Source: an uncultured Anaerolinea sp. | GTDB lineage: Bacteria; Chloroflexota; Anaerolineae; Anaerolineales; Villigracilaceae | Length of the DNA: 64,000 nucleotides | Assembly: GCA_964562145.1 (NCBI GenBank) | Contig: CAZLSP010000011.1 | Location: 16,259-80,258 of the forward strand | Direction of reading: 5' to 3' | Shown: piece after piece, positions 18,415 to 26,633 of the stretch | Layout: each line of letters opens with the position of its first letter | Position numbering within the stretch: the stretch's first letter is position 1 | Translations under genes and position numbers: made by a program | Notes under the pieces: generated by a model | Seen by the model: the letters and a program-made list of their open reading frames with translations, nothing else | Told to the model about the DNA's origin: nothing | Databases searched by the model: none

Positions 18415-19146
18415 TCAGGCCTGGCGTTTGCGGGAGGCCGCTTCGGGGCCCAGCCAGACCCATTTGAGCCAGAAGCGGAAAATGTCGCGCACGGTCAATA
18501 GGATCAGCCGCAGTTTGGCGCCGGTTGCTTTGCCCGAGACCCTGGGGGCATATTTAATCTCGGCTTCGGCCAATCGCTTGCCCAGCGCGCCTGCCTTAAC
18601 GATAATCTCAGCCAGGAAAAACGCGCTTCCGGCATACTCAATTTCCATCTCGCGCAGCACCTCCATGCGGTACAGGCTGATGTACTGAAACTGGCGAATA
18701 TGCGAGCCAAACAAGATTTGGATCAGGTGGATGTTGAAAAACGAGACAACTTTGCGGGCGAGTGTGTAGTCGCTGCGGTCAGAACGCAACCCTACCACCA
18801 CGTCAGCGCCGGGGGCGGCTTCGAAATAACGATCAATCTCATTCGGTTCCAGCGCCAGGTCGGCGGGGATCAGGATCAACCACTCGCCGCGCGCTTCCTG
18901 GCAGGCAGTCAAAAAAGCCTGACCGATCCCGCCGTTTTTTTTGTGGTGGATAACGCGAATAGACGAATCTTGCGCCGCCAGTTGGTCGGCCACGGCCCCG
19001 GTCTGATCCTGGCTGCCATCGTCCACGATCAATACCTCAGCCGTAACGCCGATTTCGAGCATTTTCTTCCCGATGACTTCTGCACAATGCCGCAAGTTGT
19101 GTTCTTCATTGTACGCCGGCACAAAAACGGTCAACTGCGGGTTCAT
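18415..19146 (-). CDS. GT2 glycosyltransferase, polyprenyl-phosphate sugar synthase type (DPM1/GtrB/CsbB-like)
   Basis: 243 aa. VFVPAYNEEHNL, IVDDGSQD, C-terminal amphipathic/basic tail. ATGA overlap with the upstream giant gene. Confidence 0.82.
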   Translation of the reverse strand: MNPQLTVFVPAYNEEHNLRHCAEVIGKKMLEIGVTAEVLIVDDGSQDQTGAVADQLAAQDSSIRVIHHKKNGGIGQAFLTACQEARGEWLILIPADLALEPNEIDRYFEAAPGADVVVGLRSDRSDYTLARKVVSFFNIHLIQILFGSHIRQFQYISLYRMEVLREMEIEYAGSAFFLAEIIVKAGALGKRLAEAEIKYAPRVSGKATGAKLRLILLTVRDIFRFWLKWVWLGPEAASRKRQA

Positions 19147-22100
19147 GGCAAAAATTTTAGGCCACGGATGTGTATATTGGCAGAGTCGAGCGGTAATAAC
19201 AGGTTGTGCACCAGGATTTTAACGCGGGCCACTTTTTCAGGGCCTTTGTCAAAGGCGATATCCACATGGAAGTCGATATTGACGTTTTGTTCTTCGGCCA
19301 CATATGTGACAGGGGTGTCGCTCCCTGGGGCGTACAGCTCAATGGTAATTTTGTAATCAAAAGCTGAGAAATCGCCCTGGAAGCCTTGCAGGGTGCGGGG
19401 CTCAGGGAAAGAAAAATCGAGCATAAAGGGATTTGCTTCCTGGCCGCGCATCAGTGTTCCCAGGTCATCGTCAAATGCATCGGCCAGGCTGCCGGCATCG
19501 AGCCGGGAATGTGAAACAGTGACTTCCTGGTCGCCGATCTGAAGGGTATCCACTACAGGCACCAGGCGGGCCAGCCGTTCAGCCTCGAAGATTTCTTCAA
19601 CATTGCTGGCGTATGCCAGCCGCACAAAATAAAAGCCCGGTTCACCATCGGGATAATACAGGATTTTCTCTACCTGGATCGGGTCAAATTTCTGGCTTGC
19701 AACCGCTTCCTGGTATTCAGGTGTCGGGAGCACAAAGATATCGTTTGGCTCGATAGGCGTGTAATTATTCATGTAGGTCAAGATCCCTGCCATGAATACC
19801 CGCCCTTGATCTTCGCGTGGCACAAAGAACTGGATAAAGTTGTCAGTGCCATTGGCCCAGGAAGATGATACCAGGAAGCGAGCGGTGGGGTCTTTTTGCA
19901 GGTATTCAGGGATGGTATCGACAAAAATCTGTTTGGCGCCCCACTGCATCCCATACAGACCGTAATCCCGATCCCATAGCGGCCCTTCTACTAAGGCTGT
20001 TCGTAGCAACCCCAGGCTTGCGGCTGTAAAGATGACAAACACTGCCACATGAATGCTGGCTTCGGAAAAGCGCTGCCAGTATTTCTTGGTCCATTCAAAG
20101 ATTGCTTCAATTCCAAGCACCGTCAGGATGCTGGCCGGGATGATGAACATTAACACACGAGTAATGCTGGCTTGCAGCATCGCCCCGCCAATGGGAGTCG
20201 CCAGCATCGCCAGGACAACCGCCCGATACATCGGTTCTTTAAACTTTCGCAGGGCAATTACGAGGCCAATCAGAATGAATGGCAGCGTCCACAGTTGAAT
20301 GTGCCCCAGGCTATCCATTTTGTGGCGTGGCAAATCCACGTTGTTGGGAATAACCCAGTATTGAGGGCTGAGGCCATACAGGTATTGGCTGGCGAAAATG
20401 CGCAGTTTTTCGGTGACAGGCAGATCCTGGAACCAGTAAGAGTTTACTGCTTCCAGATGGCGAGTCAGGCCATCCGGTTGTTTTAATTCGAAATTAATAA
20501 TGGGGGATGCCAGGATAACCGCCAGGGCCAGCCCGTATAACAAGGTGGTCCGGTTTTGCCAGTGATATTTCCAGTCGGAAACAAATAAAAGCAATCCGGC
20601 GGTAGCCATTACCAATTGTGCGTTGGAATAAGAGTAAAAGGTAAGCGCAGCAAAGACCAACGCAACATATAAAAAGCGCGGATTGTGGTATCGGTACAAT
20701 AAATAAGAGAACAGGAACGCGCCAAAGAAACTGGTACTCATGGCGGTTTCGAAGGCAGTGCGTGAGTGTAAGAACCAGGCCGGGATAATCGCGGCTACTA
20801 ATACCCCAGCCCACCAAAACTTATTCTTAAAAACCAGTTTCAGGCTTAGGCCAATTGAGACAACTGCCAGCAGGGTAACGAAAACCGAAGTGGCGCGCGT
20901 GACTAGCAGTGACTTTCCAAAGAGCAAAATTGAAATAGCGTGAAAGTACATTGGAATGAGCGGCGTCCAACGATTAGGCGCTGCCTCTACATAAATGGGG
21001 ATGCCCATGCCGTTGGCATCTAAAAACCGATTTTCGATCAACCGCTCGGCGTAAATGGATTGGACAGCTTCATCCCCAAAGAAATAGATCGGGAAATATT
21101 GCAAGCTATACAGACGGGTAAAAAGGTACACACCGAGTGCGAGCAGGAATAGGATGGTCCCCAGGGTCAGGTTTCGCTGCCCAAGGTAGGTTTTTGTCTT
21201 TTCCCAGATCGGCTGTAAAGCTTTTACTTGCGCAGGCATAGTGAGCTTGGGGAATTTCCAAGCCATTGACCTGGCTGCGGCATTCGATTGGGGCAGGGTG
21301 GGTTTCCCCGCCGTTTGGCCTGTGCTCACATTAACGACTTTTTGGGGTTGTTCAGGATTCTGCCCGTCGAATTCATACGCTTCAATGGTGAACTTGACTC
21401 CTGTCGCTGCGGGGAGTTTCAGACCAATTTCAATGTCGATTGGCTCCCCTGCTGGGCTGGTAATTTTGACGGTCTGGTGCGAGTTTAGCGGGCTGCTGGA
21501 GCAGACATCAATTTTCTGGATCGTGGACATTGAAGTTTCTTTCAGCGATTCACCAGGCGGGGCGGGTGCTACGAGGGCTGGCGTGGGTGGGGTGTTGGTT
21601 ACAAAAAGCTGTGCCGCGGGGGCTTCTAATACAACGGGCTCGTGCGTTGCTTGCGGAGCAGGGGTCCTTAACCTGGAACGCAGGCTGGCGGGCCAGTTTT
21701 TGGCAGCCGATTGCGCCAGAGTCAGGATTTTCCCTTCGCTTACAAGGTAAGCAAAGATGAACAGGGCTATCAGGGTGAGCAGGAGACCGTAATAAAAACT
21801 GGGGGGGCGATAAGTAAAGGTATACCGATGAAAGCCCGGTTCAGCGGTGACGCCCATGTATCCGCTAACATTTAATAATTTGGCCGGGAAACCGTCAATT
21901 TCGACTACCCATCCGGGATAGTACCCGACCAGGGTTACCAGTGTTGTTGGAGTTTCGCCGGTACTGACGTTTAAGGCCAGTTGATTGGGCCCTTTGGTGA
22001 TCGCCGTCTCTTCTAGAACTTCTGCTGGCTGCAGCGTCTGATCCGGGCTCATCATCAAGGTCTCAGTGGGGACTGTAAAAGCAAAAGGCAAACTGTCTTC

Positions 22101-23768
22101 CAACTGGAAAACCGCGTATGCGCCTGTAATCGGCAGGCGGGTGGTGTTTTCGGGGGTCTCTGTTTCAGCAGGCAGGATGCGATATTTGGGCGCGGCCATA
22201 AACCCGCGCCGGTTGATCATGCCCGTGTAATCGGTACGGTCCCCAGCGGCCCACCACGCATCCCAGTAACGCATTCCATAATTGATGGTGTATTCATGCC
22301 AGTTGGGCGGCGCGCTAATGTAATAGGTGCCAGGATCCATAGTGCGCAAATCTGAGAGTACCTGGTCGGGTTCGGTGGGGTATGCGGTTGGACCGGTAAG
22401 GTTCCCGTTGGTTTTATATAAATCGGCGACGGAGGCGATCATGAAAAATGCCAGGCCTAGCAGTAGCAGGTTGGCTCCAATGAGTTGCCATGTCGCGGCC
22501 TTGTTTTGCCGATATTGCAACAGGTATTTCCAGATTGCGTCGAGTCCAACGCCGCTCAGGTGGACAAGCGACAGGGTACCGAGAACCAGGATGCGGGTTG
22601 GTGCGCGAAATTGATAAAGCAGGGGGATGCGCAGGTAGATTTCGCGCCACGGCATATCGCGAATGTCCATCCACAGAAGGGTGAATATAAAGAGTGTGGC
22701 TGTGAAAACGATAAGGCCGGTTTGTTTTGTTTTGCGAAACGCGAAGGGTAAGCCAAGCAGACCGATAAAAGGCCACCAACCAAGGTAGGCGTAAAATTCT
22801 TCAGGAGGCAGGATGTTGATTGCGTCGGGGCGGTACAAATCTTTAGAAGTGTAGTTGAGCAAGATTTGTCCGAGAGTATGTGAATCGGTAAATTCAAGGT
22901 TGATGGCCTTGTTGATATAAGGCGAAAACTGGATTAATGGAACCAGCTGGATGGCTACCAGGCCAAAGACAAGCGTCCCTGTCAGGAGCAAGTTGATTAA
23001 TGGCTGGTAATTTATAAGCACGCGGGGACGGTTGGGCTGGATTTGGATGGAGAAAACAAGCAGTGCTAATCCGCCTACAAAAACCATGTAGTACGAATAG
23101 TATAAGCTGCCGCACAGGTAGAGCCAGGCCAAGATCATGGCTGAGATGCCAATGTTGCGCATGCCGCCAAAGCGCAAAACCCGAATGAGCGCAATAACCC
23201 CTAACGGCAGCCAGCCGTAACTAATGGGTAATAGATATTGTCCTTGGATGAACCGAACAGTCAGAACGCCTGCAAAAATGTACATTAATGCAGTCCACAC
23301 CCGCCCGGCGCTCCCTAGCCCTGACCAGCGAGCCAGCCACCACATTCCATAAGCCCCGAGCAAGATGGAGAAAAAGACTGCGAATATAAATCCCTTCACA
23401 TACCCGAACACGAGCATGGGTAGACTGATGAAAGGATTGTAAATATACATTCCCGGGTCCCCACTGTAGGGAAAACCGGTACTGACGTAGGGATTCCATA
23501 GCGGAAAATACCCCTCTGACAGGCTCGATGCCAGGATTTGGCCAAAAGAAAGGACGGTTGGGGCTTCGTTCCCTGGCAGCCGAAACTGTTCTATTGGCAT
23601 GCTGAGATAGCTGCCAAAGTACATCCATGCTGCCACAAAAATCAACGCCCATTCTGCGATGCGTATCCATAAAGGAATGTCATCCAGAGGGGCTTGTTTT
23701 TCTGTGGTTCTGGTGAACCCTATATTTTGGCGAATGGCAGCAAAGATCTGGGTTAAGGAGGGGCGCAT
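19143..23768 (-). CDS. 1541-aa fusion of two GT-C-type membrane glycosyltransferase modules plus C-terminal beta-rich (CBM/discoidin-like) domain
   Basis: Single uninterrupted ORF. aa 1-~700 are polytopic with a FPLWNPYVSTGFPYSG loop (YfhO-like, from memory). A Pro-rich linker follows (TPAPQATHEP...TPPTPALVAPAPPG) with a beta domain. The second polytopic module starts at ~aa 860 with FFGDEAVQSIYAERLIEN (the DE first-loop motif of ArnT/PMT GT39/83-type enzymes). The last ~330 aa are soluble. Confidence 0.6.
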   Translation of the reverse strand: MRPSLTQIFAAIRQNIGFTRTTEKQAPLDDIPLWIRIAEWALIFVAAWMYFGSYLSMPIEQFRLPGNEAPTVLSFGQILASSLSEGYFPLWNPYVSTGFPYSGDPGMYIYNPFISLPMLVFGYVKGFIFAVFFSILLGAYGMWWLARWSGLGSAGRVWTALMYIFAGVLTVRFIQGQYLLPISYGWLPLGVIALIRVLRFGGMRNIGISAMILAWLYLCGSLYYSYYMVFVGGLALLVFSIQIQPNRPRVLINYQPLINLLLTGTLVFGLVAIQLVPLIQFSPYINKAINLEFTDSHTLGQILLNYTSKDLYRPDAINILPPEEFYAYLGWWPFIGLLGLPFAFRKTKQTGLIVFTATLFIFTLLWMDIRDMPWREIYLRIPLLYQFRAPTRILVLGTLSLVHLSGVGLDAIWKYLLQYRQNKAATWQLIGANLLLLGLAFFMIASVADLYKTNGNLTGPTAYPTEPDQVLSDLRTMDPGTYYISAPPNWHEYTINYGMRYWDAWWAAGDRTDYTGMINRRGFMAAPKYRILPAETETPENTTRLPITGAYAVFQLEDSLPFAFTVPTETLMMSPDQTLQPAEVLEETAITKGPNQLALNVSTGETPTTLVTLVGYYPGWVVEIDGFPAKLLNVSGYMGVTAEPGFHRYTFTYRPPSFYYGLLLTLIALFIFAYLVSEGKILTLAQSAAKNWPASLRSRLRTPAPQATHEPVVLEAPAAQLFVTNTPPTPALVAPAPPGESLKETSMSTIQKIDVCSSSPLNSHQTVKITSPAGEPIDIEIGLKLPAATGVKFTIEAYEFDGQNPEQPQKVVNVSTGQTAGKPTLPQSNAAARSMAWKFPKLTMPAQVKALQPIWEKTKTYLGQRNLTLGTILFLLALGVYLFTRLYSLQYFPIYFFGDEAVQSIYAERLIENRFLDANGMGIPIYVEAAPNRWTPLIPMYFHAISILLFGKSLLVTRATSVFVTLLAVVSIGLSLKLVFKNKFWWAGVLVAAIIPAWFLHSRTAFETAMSTSFFGAFLFSYLLYRYHNPRFLYVALVFAALTFYSYSNAQLVMATAGLLLFVSDWKYHWQNRTTLLYGLALAVILASPIINFELKQPDGLTRHLEAVNSYWFQDLPVTEKLRIFASQYLYGLSPQYWVIPNNVDLPRHKMDSLGHIQLWTLPFILIGLVIALRKFKEPMYRAVVLAMLATPIGGAMLQASITRVLMFIIPASILTVLGIEAIFEWTKKYWQRFSEASIHVAVFVIFTAASLGLLRTALVEGPLWDRDYGLYGMQWGAKQIFVDTIPEYLQKDPTARFLVSSSWANGTDNFIQFFVPREDQGRVFMAGILTYMNNYTPIEPNDIFVLPTPEYQEAVASQKFDPIQVEKILYYPDGEPGFYFVRLAYASNVEEIFEAERLARLVPVVDTLQIGDQEVTVSHSRLDAGSLADAFDDDLGTLMRGQEANPFMLDFSFPEPRTLQGFQGDFSAFDYKITIELYAPGSDTPVTYVAEEQNVNIDFHVDIAFDKGPEKVARVKILVHNLLLPLDSANIHIRGLKFLP

Positions 23769-23817
23769 TCTTTTGACAATCCAATTCGAACAAGCAGCCG
23801 GGCGTTAGCCTGAGGCG

Positions 23818-24987
23818 CTATTTCAGGTTTAACTCGCTGCGAGAAATTACCAGCCGCTGGATTTCGCTGGTTCCTTCATAAATTTCGGTGATTTTGGCGT
23901 CACGAAAGTAGCGTTCGACGGGGAGTTCTTTGCTGTAGCCCATGCCACCGTGGATTTGCACAGCCTGGTGCGTGACAAACATGGCAGTTTCGGAAGCATA
24001 TAATTTAGCCATTGCCGCTTCGAGGCTAAAGCGCCCGCCGCTGGTTTTGGCGCGTTCTTTTGCCAGCGCGGCATTGTAGATTAAAAGGCGCGAGGCCTCG
24101 ATGCGTGTTTTCATATCCGCGATTTTGAACCCGGTGCCCTGGAAGGCCCCAATGGGTTGACCAAACGCTTCGCGCTGTCCCGCATAGTCTCTGGCGGCTT
24201 CGTAAGCGGCTTCGGCAATTCCCAGCGCCTGGGCTGCGATCCCAATGCGGCCCGCATCCAACACGGTCATGGCAATTTTGAAGCCCTCGCCCTCCGCGCC
24301 CAGCCGGTTTTCGACCGGGACGCGCACATTGTCGAAGATCAGTTCACTGGTGGCAGAAGCGCGGATGCCCAGTTTGGGTTCCTTTTTGCCACGCACGAAG
24401 CCAGGGGTGCTGGCTTCAACCAAAAAGGCAGAGACCCCTTTCTGCTTTTTCTCGGGATCGGTCATCATAAAGACCACCACGTAATCGGCGACAGGCCCGC
24501 TGGTGACCCATGATTTGCGCCCGTTGAGCAGGTAAAAATCACCATCGCGTGTGGCGCGGCTTTTCATTGTTCCGGCGTCTGAACCGCTCATGGGCTCGGT
24601 CAGTGAATAAGCGCCGATGGATTTGCCCGAAGCGACCGGGACCAGGAATTTTTTCTTTTGTTCCTCGCTGCCGAACTTGAGCAGGCCGTTGGCGTAAAGC
24701 GAGTTGTTGACCGACATGATGACACCGTGGGCGGCGTCTGCCTTGCAGATTTCCTCCAGCGCCAGCACGTAGGCCAGGGTATCCATACCGGCCCCGCCGT
24801 ACTGCTCTGGCACTTCGATGCCCATGAAGCCCATTTCGCCCATCTTTTTGATGGTTTTGTGGGGGAATTCGCCGCTTTCGTCGAATTCGGCGGCGATGGG
24901 CGCAATTTCGTTGCGGGCAAAGTCGCGAGCTGCGTCACGCAGCATCTTGTGTTCGTCGCTCAAGGGGAAAATCGCAAGGTCGCTCAT
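23818..24987 (-). CDS. Acyl-CoA dehydrogenase (short/medium-chain, butyryl-CoA dehydrogenase-like)
   Basis: 389 aa. GAYSLTEPMSGSDAG, QIHGGMGYSKELPVERYFRDAKITEIYEGTSEIQ. Confidence 0.9.
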   Translation of the reverse strand: MSDLAIFPLSDEHKMLRDAARDFARNEIAPIAAEFDESGEFPHKTIKKMGEMGFMGIEVPEQYGGAGMDTLAYVLALEEICKADAAHGVIMSVNNSLYANGLLKFGSEEQKKKFLVPVASGKSIGAYSLTEPMSGSDAGTMKSRATRDGDFYLLNGRKSWVTSGPVADYVVVFMMTDPEKKQKGVSAFLVEASTPGFVRGKKEPKLGIRASATSELIFDNVRVPVENRLGAEGEGFKIAMTVLDAGRIGIAAQALGIAEAAYEAARDYAGQREAFGQPIGAFQGTGFKIADMKTRIEASRLLIYNAALAKERAKTSGGRFSLEAAMAKLYASETAMFVTHQAVQIHGGMGYSKELPVERYFRDAKITEIYEGTSEIQRLVISRSELNLK

Positions 24988-25020
24988 CGGGTCTCCTTTG
25001 GGTTTGAACGTTACGCGATG

Positions 25021-25049
25021 ATTATACTGCCTTGCGTGAGCTTCGTCAC
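25021..25049 (-). promoter_or_regulatory. Candidate sigma70-type promoter for the acyl-CoA dehydrogenase gene
   Basis: Minus strand reads GTGACG-17 nt-TATAAT, about 30 nt upstream of the AGGAG/ATG. Confidence 0.35.
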
Positions 25050-25068
25050 AGCTTTTTTGACCTGCCCT

Positions 25069-26472
25069 TTAGTCCTGTGCGCCCACCATGGCCGGGATAA
25101 GCGGGGCGGCTTCATCTACCGATTTTGTCAGGGCCGCTTCGGTGCCTGCCAGGGCGGTTTTGCGCATCAGGTAATACATTACCGCAGTGAAAATGCTATA
25201 GAGTAAGGTAAACCCGGAAAGGCTGACCAGCACCATGGGAACGGTCAGGTTGGGGGAGATGGCCTGCTGGGTGGTGAGCAGACCCTGTACCACCCAGGGC
25301 TGGCGGCCCATTTCGGTGGTGACCCAACCTGCGATGCCAGCGATAAAGGGCATGGCAATCGACCAGGGCATCCATTTGAGCCAGGGGATCCATTTTTCAG
25401 GCCAGTTGCGCATAATGATGAAGAGCGCAAATAGTGAGATGCCCATCATCATAAATCCGAGCGCCATCATAATGCGGAAGCCCCAATAGGTGAAAACCAT
25501 CAGCGGAATGTAGTCGCCGGGGCCATAAAGCGCCTCATATTCTGCCTGCAGGTCGTTAACCCCGCGCACTTCACAGTCGAAGTTGTTGCAGGCCAGGAAG
25601 CTCATTACATATGGAATGCGAATAGACCAGACCTCGCGTTTGCCGCTCAGGTCGCCAATAGTGAGCAGCGAGAAGGAAGCGGGCTGCTCGGTTTCCCAAA
25701 CCGCTTCGATGGCGGCCAGTTTCATGGGCTGGTACAGGCGCATTTCCTGGCCCTGGGTGTGACCGCTCATGATCAGGTTGAAGGAGGCAATCACGCCCAG
25801 GATGGCCCCAAGCGCAAAGGAAGGTCTGAAGACCTCCGGCTCACGGTTGCGCACCAGGTACCAGGCGCTGACACCTAGTAACAGGAAGGCAGCCGCGGCG
25901 AACCCGGCTGAAATGGCGTGCCAGAATAGCAGCCAGCCTTTCCAGTTGGTGAGCAGGGCAAAGAAATCGACCAGTTGGGCGTTGCCCGTGACCGGGTTGA
26001 TGATGTGCCCGACCGGGTGCTGCATCCAGCCATTGGCCAGCAAAATCCAGATCGAGGAGAAAAGGCTGCCGATGGCGGCCATCCAAATTGAAAGCAGGTG
26101 TACCCGCTTGGGGACCCGGTTTTCGCCGAAAATCCAGATGCCCAGGAAAACCGATTCCATGAAAAAGGCCACCAGTGCCTCGATGGCGAGCAGCGAACCA
26201 AAAACATCACCGACAAAGCGCGAATATTCAGACCAGTTCATGCCAAACTGGAATTCCTGCACGATACCGGTGACAATGCCCATCCCAAAGTTGATCAGGA
26301 ATAGTTTGCCCCAGAATTTTGCCATGCGCCGGTAGCGTTCCTCGCCAGTGCGGTAGTATTGGGTCTGGAAGATGGCTACAACCCATACCAGCCCGAGGGT
26401 GAGTGGCACAAACAGGAAGTGGAAAATGGTGGTGACTGCAAACTGTAAACGCGATAGGCTAACAATGTCCAT
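25069..26472 (-). CDS. cydA: Cytochrome bd-type quinol oxidase subunit I
   Basis: 467 aa. MDIVSLSRLQFAVTTIFHFLFVPLTLGL, FFMESVFLGIW, GWVTTEMGRQPWVVQG. No cydB follows. Confidence 0.9.
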   Translation of the reverse strand: MDIVSLSRLQFAVTTIFHFLFVPLTLGLVWVVAIFQTQYYRTGEERYRRMAKFWGKLFLINFGMGIVTGIVQEFQFGMNWSEYSRFVGDVFGSLLAIEALVAFFMESVFLGIWIFGENRVPKRVHLLSIWMAAIGSLFSSIWILLANGWMQHPVGHIINPVTGNAQLVDFFALLTNWKGWLLFWHAISAGFAAAAFLLLGVSAWYLVRNREPEVFRPSFALGAILGVIASFNLIMSGHTQGQEMRLYQPMKLAAIEAVWETEQPASFSLLTIGDLSGKREVWSIRIPYVMSFLACNNFDCEVRGVNDLQAEYEALYGPGDYIPLMVFTYWGFRIMMALGFMMMGISLFALFIIMRNWPEKWIPWLKWMPWSIAMPFIAGIAGWVTTEMGRQPWVVQGLLTTQQAISPNLTVPMVLVSLSGFTLLYSIFTAVMYYLMRKTALAGTEAALTKSVDEAAPLIPAMVGAQD

Positions 26473-26485
26473 GGGAACCTCTAAG

Positions 26486-26503
26486 TTGTGATAATTTTCA
26501 CTT
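26486..26503. promoter_or_regulatory. Rex-type (or CRP/FNR-type) operator upstream of cydA
   Basis: TTGTGAT-AATT-TTCACTT versus Rex consensus TTGTGAA-N4-TTCACAA. Lies 13 nt upstream of the cydA ATG and abuts its AGAGG SD. Confidence 0.5.
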
Positions 26504-26575
26504 TTTTTGAATTTTAATGGGGGTAATTAAATTGGATATTAATTGTCCATAAATGTGTTCTCATGCAGGAGTGAT

Positions 26576-26611
26576 AAAAACATCACCCCGTCTAGCCAAG
26601 ACGGGGTGATG
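26576..26611 (-). terminator. Rho-independent terminator after the MFS transporter gene
   Basis: CATCACCCCGT-N9-ACGGGGTGATG, followed on the minus strand by TTTTTAT. Confidence 0.75.
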
Positions 26612-26633
26612 TTGGTGTTTGAGGGGCAATGGG

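Noticed and set aside
25035-25050. Weaker Rex-like dyads: CGTGAGCTTCGTCACA upstream of the acyl-CoA dehydrogenase gene, and CTGTGTA-ATTA-ATCACAA at 2095..2112.
   Set aside because: Each has three or more mismatches to TTGTGAA-N4-TTCACAA across its half-sites. That is too degenerate to call without a scoring matrix and conservation data.
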